Source of the DNA: an uncultured bacterium
Lineage (GTDB): Bacteria > Bacteroidota > Rhodothermia > Rhodothermales > UBA10348
Assembly (NCBI GenBank): GCA_938018055.1
Contig: CALIKL010000023.1
Location: forward strand, 4,837-68,836
DNA: 64,000 nucleotides
Reading direction: 5' to 3'
In this document: positions 41,801-51,140 of the stretch, piece by piece
How positions within the stretch are numbered: the stretch's first letter is position 1
Layout of the letters: the number at the start of each line of letters is the position of its first letter
Notes under the pieces: model-generated
What the model was told of the DNA's origin: nothing
Seen by the model: only the letters and a program-made list of their open reading frames with translations
Database searches by the model: none
Position numbers and translations under genes: made by a program

Positions 41801-43828
41801 TCAAGAGCTCAGGCCACGCAGCGTCTCTACGAATAGCTGAACCTTGCGATCATCAGCACCGTCTAGACGATTTGCCATGTTGGTCAGCATGGTTGTCTGT
41901 TCAGCACCCGACATTCCCTCGGCGCGCTCAAGACCCATACGCATACGAGCCGTACGCTCCGGAGCCATTGAACCCGCGCGCTCCATTTGATCGAGATAGG
42001 CGTGGGCCAATGCAAAGCTGTGAGGCCAACGATACATGGGCTGGCCCTGCGCATTCAGGTAATCGAGCTGAACCGTATTGGCAGCCGCGATTTCATTTGC
42101 CGTCAGGTAATCGCTCGGTGTGAGTTCAAAAATGTCGAGACCGCGGGAAATTTCGGAGCTGACAATCAAGCCGTTGTACCAATACACCGACCATGACCCC
42201 CCATTACCCTGCTGATCTGCATTGACCGGACCACGGTCGTGGAAACCGATTTCCGTCGGGTTGTTGATATCCGTCCAATCAATGACAGAGATCCCGCCCT
42301 GGTACCAGGATTGCACCCAGACATCGCGATCCGGAATCGGAATCAGTGATCCGTTATGGGCCACACAGTTCTCCACCGAGGTCTGCGGAGCAGGCAGCTT
42401 GTAGTAGCTGTGGAAGACCATTTCACCGTCTTCGATGGTAAAGTGCGCATTGGCACCCCACTCAACGGGATCGTCTTCGCGGCACTTGGGCTGGCCACCG
42501 CCTCCCCACTCGTCAGTGAAGAGCACCTTCGTGGCATCGTTGTTGAACGTCGCCGAGTGCCAGTAGGAGAAGTTGGAGTCGGCAACGGCATCCATGCGGA
42601 ACGGGTTGGCAGGATCAGAGATGTCCAGAAGCAGACCATACCCTTCACAGGCACCACCCGCCAAATCCATTTCCGGATACAGTGTGATGTCGTGGCACTG
42701 TGTAGGCCCGCGACCGGGTCCTTCGTCTTCATCATCTGACATTCCGAAGCGAGCAGCAATCATTCCCGGAAGAGCTTCCCGGAATGCAGCACTGTCTGCG
42801 GCCGTTGCATCGCCTCCACCGCGACTCTGCATGAAGCCTGCCATGAATTGAGCAACGAATTGGTCCGGAAGCACACGCTCCTGGCCAAACAGCTCGACGA
42901 CAAAGGCGCCGGCAGCTTTCGCTTCGTCAATGGCGCGCTGGTCAGCTGGGGACATGCCATGCGTTGGCGGTGCAACGAGATCCTCGAAGATCCGGGGAGA
43001 GCTGACGATGGCAGCTGTTTCCGGTGCGTCCAGAGGTACTTCGATGACTTCAATGCGGAAGAGGGCTGAATTCGGATCCTCGTCAGGAGCCATGGAAGAG
43101 CAGCCTGACAGTTCCGCATCCGGGCGGACACCCGCAGAACCGGAGACGTAGATCCAGACTTTGTCGTCCACATCGGGGTCCTTCAGTACGGAGTGGGTAT
43201 GTGATCCGCGACACGTCTGGACATTGTGGATGTACTCCGGATTCTGGATATCCGAAATATCGAAGATGCGGATGCCGCGCAGGCGGTCTGCACTGATAGC
43301 CTCATCGACCCCTTGGGTACCACAGTCAAGACGACCGCTGGTGCCCTCACCGGAAACGAACATCAGATTACCGTAGACCGAGACATCGCTCTGCGAAGCT
43401 GGACACAAATAATCTTTCACGAGCTCCGGCATCGAAGGATCGGAGACATCCCAGATCATGACGCCGTTGTAGTTACCCTGGAAAACGTAGTCGCCCTGGA
43501 AGGCAAGGTCCGAATTCGTCACCCCGAGAAAATCCTCAGCAGGCGGGGTGGTAGAAAGCATGGACAGGTTCCAAATGGCCTCCTCGGCATCGAAGAGCCC
43601 TGCTCCGAGCCCTATGCGGGGATCTGCTGGCGCCTCGGCGGACGCAGAGGCCATCCCTGCATCCATCGCATCCATCGCAGGAGCGGCGTCAGCTGCGGGC
43701 ATGGCATCACCAGCGTCCATCATGGAACCGGAAGAACATCCGGTAAGAAGTACGGCGACGAAAAACACCGCCCAGAGCATATTACCGACCAGGCATGAAC
43801 CACCGGGCCGACAGGAAAAACCATTCAT
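41801..43828 (-). CDS. LVIVD-repeat beta-propeller lipoprotein (start may be 43780)
   Basis: Lipobox LTGC; NSDLAF, GIRIFDISD, CRGSHTH, QCHDIT, YWHSATF, DEWGGG and NCVAHNG motifs. Confidence 0.82.
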   Translation of the reverse strand: MNGFSCRPGGSCLVGNMLWAVFFVAVLLTGCSSGSMMDAGDAMPAADAAPAMDAMDAGMASASAEAPADPRIGLGAGLFDAEEAIWNLSMLSTTPPAEDFLGVTNSDLAFQGDYVFQGNYNGVMIWDVSDPSMPELVKDYLCPASQSDVSVYGNLMFVSGEGTSGRLDCGTQGVDEAISADRLRGIRIFDISDIQNPEYIHNVQTCRGSHTHSVLKDPDVDDKVWIYVSGSAGVRPDAELSGCSSMAPDEDPNSALFRIEVIEVPLDAPETAAIVSSPRIFEDLVAPPTHGMSPADQRAIDEAKAAGAFVVELFGQERVLPDQFVAQFMAGFMQSRGGGDATAADSAAFREALPGMIAARFGMSDDEDEGPGRGPTQCHDITLYPEMDLAGGACEGYGLLLDISDPANPFRMDAVADSNFSYWHSATFNNDATKVLFTDEWGGGGQPKCREDDPVEWGANAHFTIEDGEMVFHSYYKLPAPQTSVENCVAHNGSLIPIPDRDVWVQSWYQGGISVIDWTDINNPTEIGFHDRGPVNADQQGNGGSWSVYWYNGLIVSSEISRGLDIFELTPSDYLTANEIAAANTVQLDYLNAQGQPMYRWPHSFALAHAYLDQMERAGSMAPERTARMRMGLERAEGMSGAEQTTMLTNMANRLDGADDRKVQLFVETLRGLSS

Positions 43829-43910
43829 GAGAATCACAGGTTGGGTGAAAAGGCAACCGCTAATCAACGGCGATTAAGTAGAGTAATCAAGCACGGCGCT
43901 TGGCATGGGC

Positions 43911-44630
43911 TCATTTGTCTTCCGCCATGGCGTCCAACATCTTCCTCATCCGTGCGATTTCAGTTTTCTGGTCCACATTTATGTCCGTGGCAAGACGAAA
44001 AGCTTGCTCGTCGTTCCCTGCACCGTCGGTGGAGAACATCTTATCCACCATAACAATGGCGCCCTCATGGTGCTGGATCATGTAGGTAAGATAGAGCCGA
44101 TCAAATTCGGAGCCGGTGGCCACGGCCAATTCTTCGAGTTGGGCCCGAGTCAGCATTCCAGGCATCATGGAATGCTCGTGTCCCTGCCCCATGGTATGCT
44201 CCTGACCCGGGATGTGGATCATCAGATCCAGGCCATCAATATGGACTTCGGGCACCGGTTCGCCCCGGTTTTCAAGCCACCGCTGCATGGTAGCAATTTC
44301 ATCCATCTGGGCATTGATGATGCGCGCAGAAAGCGTCTTGATGGAAGACGAGGCACCATTGGTAGGCGCCAATTCCGAAATGATCAGCGCCTGAGCGTGG
44401 TGGCCGATCATTCCGGTCATGAAGTCGACTTCGGCATCAGTGTACCGCGTCATGGCCTCGCGTTGACGCTCCCAGAAGATCGCCTCCATTTCTGCCAGAT
44501 CTTGATCCGATGCCGTTTGCGGTGAATCGGATGGTATCGGAGCCTCAGAAATGCCTCCGGGCAATGTCGCGGCACAGCCGACGGTCAGGCACAGGAGCAT
44601 CAGTGGAATGAATCGTGCAAGAAGGGTCAC
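43911..44630 (-). CDS. DUF305 family (CopM-like) lipoprotein
   Basis: Lipobox TVGC; FMTGMIGHHAQA, MPGM, MIQHHEGAIVM and Q..EI..M motifs; GTG start inferred. Confidence 0.85.
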   Translation of the reverse strand: MTLLARFIPLMLLCLTVGCAATLPGGISEAPIPSDSPQTASDQDLAEMEAIFWERQREAMTRYTDAEVDFMTGMIGHHAQALIISELAPTNGASSSIKTLSARIINAQMDEIATMQRWLENRGEPVPEVHIDGLDLMIHIPGQEHTMGQGHEHSMMPGMLTRAQLEELAVATGSEFDRLYLTYMIQHHEGAIVMVDKMFSTDGAGNDEQAFRLATDINVDQKTEIARMRKMLDAMAEDK

Positions 44631-44717
44631 GTCATCAGTGGAAATCGGGTTGAGCAGCACGAACCCTGAAAGTACGGGGCACCATTTACACAAACCTCAT
44701 GAACCGTAAATCTTCCT

Positions 44718-44738
44718 TATTTAGATTAAGTCTAAATA
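44718..44738. promoter_or_regulatory. AT-rich dyad, putative metalloregulator operator
   Basis: TATTTAGATT-A-AGTCTAAATA, a 10-1-10 inverted repeat with one mismatch, in the divergent intergenic region. Confidence 0.65.
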
Positions 44739-44768
44739 CAGATAACGTTTGCCCCATTGCTCGAACAC

Positions 44769-45725
44769 GTGAACACTTTCCGACTCCTCACCTACCTGTT
44801 GGCCATTGCTTTTCTGTCATCACCTGGTGTCCTTGCACAGGATGCCTTGGCTGTCCAGTCGAAGGGGCTCCAGTCCCGTTCAAGTGAGCAGTCCGGCCTT
44901 CTGGTTATGGCCCACGGGGGCTCGGATGACTGGAATCAAGCCGTGATCGACGCCGTGGAACCGCTGCGTACCGAAGCGCCGGTGGCCATCGCATTTGGTA
45001 TGGCCAATCCACACACGCTACAGGAGGCGGTGGACAAGCTGGAAGCGCAGGACGTGACCCGTATCGAAGTCATTCGCCTGTTCATTTCTGGTGATTCGTT
45101 CCTCGAAGCAACGGAATATGCATTTCATATTCGCCAGGAAAAGCCACCTGGACGGTTCATGCACGAACCGTTTCCGCTGCGACTGAATGTACCTGTGCAA
45201 CTGAGCAGTCGGGGGCTGATGGATGTCACCCACCTCGGAGGGATCCTGGCTGATCGTACGCAGCCGCTGATGGACAACCCTGAGAATGAATCCGTCCTCG
45301 TGATAGGACACGGTCCAGGCAGCGACGAAGAGAATGCGCGATGGATAGCCCGCATGGATGCCATGGCAGACTCAGTGCGCCATCTGGCTCCATTCCACAC
45401 GGTTGAGGTCATCACATTGAGAGAAGATTGGACGGGGAAACGGGAAGCAGCAGAAGCTGCGATCCGTGATTTCATGGAAGAAGAACAGGCGGCTGGCAGG
45501 AGCGTGCTGGTCGTTCCGTTCCGTCTGAGAGGATTCGGGCCGTACGCCGATGTACTCGAAGGATTTGCGTACCAAGCGGATCACAACGGCTTTTTGCCGG
45601 ATGCACGTATCACGGATTGGATTCGCGCAGAGTTTGACATGCTGAAGCACCTGCCTCCACGCTCGGTCACCTCTTCCTGCGAGCCGATCCGTACCTCCAG
45701 TCCCAGTCCCGGACACACACATTGA
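44769..45725 (+). CDS. Exported CbiX/SirB-like class II chelatase-family protein
   Basis: Signal peptide (LLAIAFLSSPGVLA-Q); two chelatase half-domains, GLLVMAHGG and VLVIGHG; GTG start inferred. Confidence 0.72.
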   Translation: MNTFRLLTYLLAIAFLSSPGVLAQDALAVQSKGLQSRSSEQSGLLVMAHGGSDDWNQAVIDAVEPLRTEAPVAIAFGMANPHTLQEAVDKLEAQDVTRIEVIRLFISGDSFLEATEYAFHIRQEKPPGRFMHEPFPLRLNVPVQLSSRGLMDVTHLGGILADRTQPLMDNPENESVLVIGHGPGSDEENARWIARMDAMADSVRHLAPFHTVEVITLREDWTGKREAAEAAIRDFMEEEQAAGRSVLVVPFRLRGFGPYADVLEGFAYQADHNGFLPDARITDWIRAEFDMLKHLPPRSVTSSCEPIRTSSPSPGHTH

Positions 45726-46682
45726 TCAGGGAAGCAGCTCCTGGTAGAATGTGAATACCTGGCGTTGCGCAGGATCTACCTCGACGCGCACCCAATTCAG
45801 ATTCGGTTCACCGAATCCTTCCACTCGCGTCACATTCTGCAGAATGGATCCATCCGGTCCATAAAGAGGCTTATCGACCCGGAATACGTGGGTGTCCCCA
45901 ACAGCTATCACAACCTGGCCATCGAATGATGCGGCTTCTTCAGACAGCACTTCGTAAATCGGGGCCAGGCCTGGAACGGGTTGACCGCACAGGCGGCACC
46001 ATTCACCCTCGAATTCGGTGGGCGCGGAAACTGGCCACAGGTCCACTTGGGTAGCCAAAAAGACGCCGGCCGCATCTGAGTCCCGAGCTGTCTGAAACGC
46101 GTTCTTGATCCAGTCACTTGCTGCCGATAATCGACGAATTGCTGTGGTCGAATCCGATGGCGGACGTGTGATCGCAACCAGGTGCAGGGTAGCAAAAACG
46201 GCTCCACTCGCTTCCCACATCCGATTTTCAACGAACTCAGTATAATCAGACTCCAGTGCTTGCGAGCGCAGTGCCATGGGCCGCTGACCCGTGCTCATCC
46301 CAGGCTCAGGGAAAAACAGGGAGCGTGTAAATGCCAGGCGTTCATAGTCGTCGAACGACCCGGCCGATTCGCGGATACAATCAAACCAATCATTATCGCC
46401 AGGAGTGAGAATGAAAGGCATCTCGAACCGATCAAAAAGCGCGCGTCGACTCTGAAGCAATCCATCTTCGCACGACTGACTTCCCCCTTTCACATCTCCC
46501 AGATGAATGACCCACTCCACCCCTTCGCGGGCATTGATGTCGTCGATCATACGAGCGGCCACTTCTTCACCATGCGGACTGTACGGTCCGTCACCAATCA
46601 ACGCAAACGAAAGAGGCTCGTCAGACACAGCACATGCTGCGAATCCAAAAGGGATAAGAAGAGCGAAGGCAATTCGTTTCAT
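45726..46682 (-). CDS. Calcineurin-like metallophosphoesterase lipoprotein
   Basis: Lipobox FAAC; IGDGPY, HLGDVKGG, TPGDNDW and GDTH motifs. Confidence 0.78.
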   Translation of the reverse strand: MKRIAFALLIPFGFAACAVSDEPLSFALIGDGPYSPHGEEVAARMIDDINAREGVEWVIHLGDVKGGSQSCEDGLLQSRRALFDRFEMPFILTPGDNDWFDCIRESAGSFDDYERLAFTRSLFFPEPGMSTGQRPMALRSQALESDYTEFVENRMWEASGAVFATLHLVAITRPPSDSTTAIRRLSAASDWIKNAFQTARDSDAAGVFLATQVDLWPVSAPTEFEGEWCRLCGQPVPGLAPIYEVLSEEAASFDGQVVIAVGDTHVFRVDKPLYGPDGSILQNVTRVEGFGEPNLNWVRVEVDPAQRQVFTFYQELLP

Positions 46683-46734
46683 GGCGCTTTTCTGATGATC
46701 GTTGCTTTGAGCTTCCACATATCTGCGGGCAAAA

Positions 46735-47397
46735 TCAAACGGGCTGACTTCTCGTTAGATCATTCAGAATGCGACGTGCCTCATCGACTTCATCCTGAAT
46801 GATCGTATGGCCCATCCCGGGGTAGATCTTTTTTGTTACGAGAGCTCCCATCTCTTCGAAGACCCTGGCAGATTCCTCGACCCGTTCGAGCGGAATGTGG
46901 AAGTCCGTGTCCGAGCACCCCAGAAAAACCGGTGTCATTTTCAGATCCCCCTTGAATGATAGCGGCGCATCCTGAGGCCCGATCAACCCGCCACTGAAAA
47001 CCAGCAATCCGCCGTAGCGGGCCGGATGCCTGGCAACATACTCGGAAGCGAGACAGGCTCCCTGTGAGAAGCCTGCCAGCACAACGCGATCCAATGGAAT
47101 GCCGGCATCCACTACCCGGTCAATCACGTCCTTGATGGCGGCAAGACCGGAAGAAATCCCAGGCTCATTCTGATGGCGAGCAGCCAGGAATGAAAACGGA
47201 TACCAGGTGTTGCCCATGGCCTGGGGTGCCAGGTAGATCATGCCTGCGATCGGAAACGCACCGGACAATTCAAGGATGCTGGGCGCAGTCGCGCCGCGAC
47301 CGTGCACCAGGATCATCGCCGAAGAGGCGTTTTCCAAGGGCTCGCCGGCCGTATATACCTTTTGGCCTTGATGGGGGCCTTGCTCCACGTGTGTCAT
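46735..47397 (-). CDS. Phospholipase/carboxylesterase (MhqD-like alpha/beta hydrolase)
   Basis: VHGRG, GFSQG nucleophile, D.HIP and GMGH motifs. Confidence 0.85.
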   Translation of the reverse strand: MTHVEQGPHQGQKVYTAGEPLENASSAMILVHGRGATAPSILELSGAFPIAGMIYLAPQAMGNTWYPFSFLAARHQNEPGISSGLAAIKDVIDRVVDAGIPLDRVVLAGFSQGACLASEYVARHPARYGGLLVFSGGLIGPQDAPLSFKGDLKMTPVFLGCSDTDFHIPLERVEESARVFEEMGALVTKKIYPGMGHTIIQDEVDEARRILNDLTRSQPV

Positions 47398-47419
47398 GTC
47401 TGCTGCGTTCTTGGACCCG

Positions 47420-48388
47420 CTATGATCGGGTAGTGCTTTTCGTGATATATCCGTCACGCTCAATCTCCGGTAGTGTGGCTTCGATCTGTGCGCGACGAGA
47501 CTCATACCAGGCAGGGAGTTTCAGCGTCGAGCCTAGTTGCTCCACCGACTCGTCGGAAGTGAATCCCGGCTCGTCTGTAGCAACTTCGAACAGGACGCCG
47601 CCCGGTTCACGGAAATAGATGGAATGGAAATACTGACGGTCCTGGACCGGCGTCACCCGCAGACCGGCTTCGCGAAGGTGTGTCAGGTACTCAAGTTGCT
47701 CTTCATCGTCTACCGTCCGGAAGGCAACATGATGAATGGATCCTGCTCCGAATGCCCCTCTTCCTGCTTCCGGGACATGCAGCAAATCGATGTACAGGCC
47801 CCGATCCGAGGATGCACCACCATATCGATACCGGTTGTCCTCCTGGCCGACAAATTGATACCCGAGTTTGTCGACAAGGACGGAGGAAGTGGCCTCAATC
47901 TCATTCAATAACAGCGTCACGCTGTGGAATCCACGAAGGGCATGCTGAGCAGGAATGGGCCCATCCATCCAATGCTGAATCGTGGACGGATCGTCTGTCG
48001 CGACGAGCTCAATCATCATCCCATCTGGATCAGGAAATGTGATGACCGTTTCGTCGAATCGCTTGCCGATGCTGGCTATGGTCACATGACTGGCACTCAG
48101 ATGATCCAGCCACCAGGACAAGGAGCTTTTGGGCAGGGCATAGGCAGCAGCGGATGTTTCGCCTGCGCCCAGGCGTCCGCGATGCATGTCCCGCCACGGA
48201 AAAAACGTCATGGCCGTGCCCGGCGTGCCCACATTATCCCCGTAGTAGAGATGGTAGGTACCGGGGTCATCGAAATTGACCGTCGTCTTGACCAGCCGTT
48301 GGCCCAGGATTCCAACGTAAAAGTCCAGATTTGCCTGTGGATCTGAGGCGACGGCGGTGATGTGGTGGAGGCCTTGAATCGGCTGCAT
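47420..48388 (-). CDS. Ring-cleaving dioxygenase (MhqO/PcpA-like VOC family)
   Basis: GLHHITA, VKTTVNFDDPGTYHLYYG, HHVAFR and DRQYFHSIYFREPGGVLFEVAT motifs. Confidence 0.9.
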   Translation of the reverse strand: MQPIQGLHHITAVASDPQANLDFYVGILGQRLVKTTVNFDDPGTYHLYYGDNVGTPGTAMTFFPWRDMHRGRLGAGETSAAAYALPKSSLSWWLDHLSASHVTIASIGKRFDETVITFPDPDGMMIELVATDDPSTIQHWMDGPIPAQHALRGFHSVTLLLNEIEATSSVLVDKLGYQFVGQEDNRYRYGGASSDRGLYIDLLHVPEAGRGAFGAGSIHHVAFRTVDDEEQLEYLTHLREAGLRVTPVQDRQYFHSIYFREPGGVLFEVATDEPGFTSDESVEQLGSTLKLPAWYESRRAQIEATLPEIERDGYITKSTTRS

Positions 48389-48501
48389 GTGCTGTCAGTG
48401 TGCTCGTCGTGAAACGGGTCTTCTACGTGTCACCAGGTATGGAAATGCTACAGCGTTGTGCCGACCCATCGCGCAGGTGCCAGGCGCATTTCGCTACCCC
48501 C

Positions 48502-48810
48502 TCAGACATATTTCTCACCCCGTACGACGGCTGCATCTTGCACGTAAACGATTACGGCGTAATGCTCAAAAAACGTGTCCGCGACATGATCCATGATGGC
48601 TTGCGCCACGTCTTCACTTACCAAGGTCTCAATTTTGGTATCCGGCCCTTCCCACTCGGATGCCCTCACGCCTCGCGATCCTTTTCCGGTGGCCTGGGTC
48701 AGCGTGTAGCCTTTGGCTCCAAGCTGCACGAGTGTACGCAATAGGCGATCCTCGAGGATGCGCTCGGTAACAATCGTGACAAGCTTGAGCGATACAATGG
48801 AATGATGCAT
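48502..48810 (-). CDS. sbtB: PII-like regulator SbtB
   Basis: KLVTIVTERILE, GAKGYT, GKGSRG and KIETLV motifs; directly downstream of sbtA. Confidence 0.8.
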   Translation of the reverse strand: MHHSIVSLKLVTIVTERILEDRLLRTLVQLGAKGYTLTQATGKGSRGVRASEWEGPDTKIETLVSEDVAQAIMDHVADTFFEHYAVIVYVQDAAVVRGEKYV

Positions 48811-48859
48811 GACAGAATGAAACGAATTCGAAAAGACGGAGATACCGGGCAAGCGATAC

Positions 48860-49825
48860 TCAGCCAATCAGCCATTCGGCCAAGGCGTAGTAGAGCGGGA
48901 TACCCAGCGTCACGTTGAATGGAAAGGTGATGCCCAGGGCACCTGTGAGATAAAAAGTTGGATTGGCTTCGGGAAGCGCTATGCGAACGGCAGCCGGCGC
49001 GGCGATATATGACGCACTCGAAACCATGGCAGCAAGCACGGCAGCGCCCGGTACAGACAGGCTTGTAAACTGGGCCAGCCAGATGGTCAGGACGCCGTGC
49101 AGAATGGGAACGAGGATTCCGAAGGCTACCAGAAAAAAGCCCACTTTCTTCAGATCCCGCAAGCGTCCGGCCGCCACAATGCCCATTTCGAGCAAAAAGA
49201 GGACGAGCGCTCCCTGAAAGCCACTGTAGAAAAACGGCTCGACGGGTTCAAAACCCTCAGGGCCAACAAGCGCCCCAATCACGAGTCCACCCACGAGCAG
49301 GATGACACTGCGACCCGAGAGCACTTCATGCAGAGCATCTTTCCAGCTTCCTGCACGCCCATCCCGCATGAATGCAATCATGAGCGCGACGACGATCGCA
49401 GGGACCTCCAGAATGGCCACGAGGGCGGGCATGAAGCCTTCCGGTGCGCGCCCCGTCATCGTACCGAAAGTTATCGCTACAATGAACGTCACAGCCGACA
49501 CGGATCCGTAGTGGGCTGCGATGGCGGCCGAATTAACCCGGTCCATCCGTCCAAGTCGCCTGAGGATATTGTAGGCGATGATGGGCGTGATCAGACCCAG
49601 GAAAAGAGTCAGAAGCGCCGGTCCGATGAATACGGATAGCGGTGTCTTGCTCAGTTCAACGCCACCTTTCAGACCGATGGCCAACAGCAGATAGATGGAG
49701 AGGCCGTTGTAAAGCGCCGGCGGCAACTTCAGATCGCTGCGAACCAAGGCTGCAATAACACCCAGCACGAATGCCAGAATCACAGGGGAAAGCAGATTGG
49801 CCGCCAGTACGTCCAGATTCTCCAT
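48860..49825 (-). CDS. sbtA: Sodium-dependent bicarbonate transporter SbtA family
   Basis: LSIYLLLAIGLKGG, AAHYGSVSAVTF, LFLLEMG, SASYIAAPA and ITFPFNV motifs. Confidence 0.9.
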   Translation of the reverse strand: MENLDVLAANLLSPVILAFVLGVIAALVRSDLKLPPALYNGLSIYLLLAIGLKGGVELSKTPLSVFIGPALLTLFLGLITPIIAYNILRRLGRMDRVNSAAIAAHYGSVSAVTFIVAITFGTMTGRAPEGFMPALVAILEVPAIVVALMIAFMRDGRAGSWKDALHEVLSGRSVILLVGGLVIGALVGPEGFEPVEPFFYSGFQGALVLFLLEMGIVAAGRLRDLKKVGFFLVAFGILVPILHGVLTIWLAQFTSLSVPGAAVLAAMVSSASYIAAPAAVRIALPEANPTFYLTGALGITFPFNVTLGIPLYYALAEWLIG

Positions 49826-49968
49826 GGGGACTGGTTGAAGATGGATGACGCGAGCCGGGAAGAACTCACGGCAACGACGGACTCGGTTCAGATCCCACCA
49901 AGGTGTCGTCACAGGAATCGTGACCAATATAACACAGTGGCGGCCCGGGACTGCCAAAGACTGTGGCG

Positions 49969-51135
49969 TTATATGCTCGTGGCCACCAGTGACAGCACAA
50001 ATCCAAGGAAGCCCCCACCCAATACAATCCAGACTGAACCGATACGATATCGGAAAACTGCGACTGCAGCGATTAAGGCCACAGCAATGGATACCGGATC
50101 GATGAGCACTTGAAGTCCGATTTCGATAGACACAGCGGCCATAAGCGCTACAGCGGAGGCATTGACGGCGTCCAGAAAGGTGGATACCCAGACCGACGAG
50201 CGCAGTGCAGGAATCAGCGGATTGAGCATGCCCACCAGGAGAAATGCCGGCAGAAAGATACCGAGTGTCGCTACCACTGCACCGGGTATGCCTTCTATCA
50301 GAAAGCCAATAAACGTCGCGGTGGACAGAACGGGACCTGGTGTGAACTGGCCAATGGCTACGGCATCCAGAAGCTGTGCCTGCGTGATCCACCCCAGTTC
50401 CTGCACCAGACCGCCTTCGAGAAAGGCAATCAGGACGTACCCACTACCGTACAAAACGAATCCTACTTTCAGGAAGAACCATCCGAGCTTCCACAGCGAG
50501 ACGGTTGCCGTTACAGCAACGGTAGCGGCCAGTACCTGGGATGTGCCGGGCCGCAAGAAGAGCATAGGAACCCAGCGCTCGGCCGTATCCGATGTGTCAC
50601 CATGTGACCGCAACCACAGCATGCCTGCCACCCCGCCCGCGAGCAAACACACGATTTCACTCTGCCCGGCCAAAACACCAGCTGCCACAAGAAAGGCAAT
50701 CACCGCCAATCGCCACCCTTTGATGGCATTCTTGCCCAGTCGCCACAACGCGCCGAGGATAATGATCAGGACGGCTGGCTTTATCCCCACCAGGAAAGGC
50801 GCCACTGTCGGTAAGCTGCCATATGCCACGTAAAACCATGCTGCCAATGCAGTCAGCGTCACAGCCGGGATGATGAAGCTCCCCCCTGCCACGATCAATC
50901 CTTTCCAGCCGGCCCGTTCGTACCCGATATGCATCATCATCTCGGTTGAGTTGGGCCCCGGGATCAGATTGGTAGCACCGACCAGATCCAGGAAATGCTG
51001 TCGCGTCATCCAGTTGCGACGAGCCACGACCTCATCTTCCAGCATGGCAATGTGGGCAGCTGGTCCACCGAAGGCAATCAGGCCCAGCTTGGCAAACAAG
51101 CCAGCCAATTCTCGAAGACGGGATACAGGAGACAT
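49969..51135 (-). CDS. chrA: Chromate efflux transporter (CHR family)
   Basis: AFGGPAAHIA, PGPNSTE, YGSGYVL and GQFTPGP motifs in two homologous halves. Confidence 0.9.
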   Translation of the reverse strand: MSPVSRLRELAGLFAKLGLIAFGGPAAHIAMLEDEVVARRNWMTRQHFLDLVGATNLIPGPNSTEMMMHIGYERAGWKGLIVAGGSFIIPAVTLTALAAWFYVAYGSLPTVAPFLVGIKPAVLIIILGALWRLGKNAIKGWRLAVIAFLVAAGVLAGQSEIVCLLAGGVAGMLWLRSHGDTSDTAERWVPMLFLRPGTSQVLAATVAVTATVSLWKLGWFFLKVGFVLYGSGYVLIAFLEGGLVQELGWITQAQLLDAVAIGQFTPGPVLSTATFIGFLIEGIPGAVVATLGIFLPAFLLVGMLNPLIPALRSSVWVSTFLDAVNASAVALMAAVSIEIGLQVLIDPVSIAVALIAAVAVFRYRIGSVWIVLGGGFLGFVLSLVATSI

Positions 51136-51140
51136 GGCGT

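Noticed and set aside
45720-45731. Convergent genes abutting at TGATCA with no gap
   Set aside because: A compact convergent junction; nothing further supports a function.
48860-50392. 510-aa version of sbtA with a long N-terminal extension
   Set aside because: The extension overlaps chrA in another frame; the family-like sequence begins at ATG 49825.
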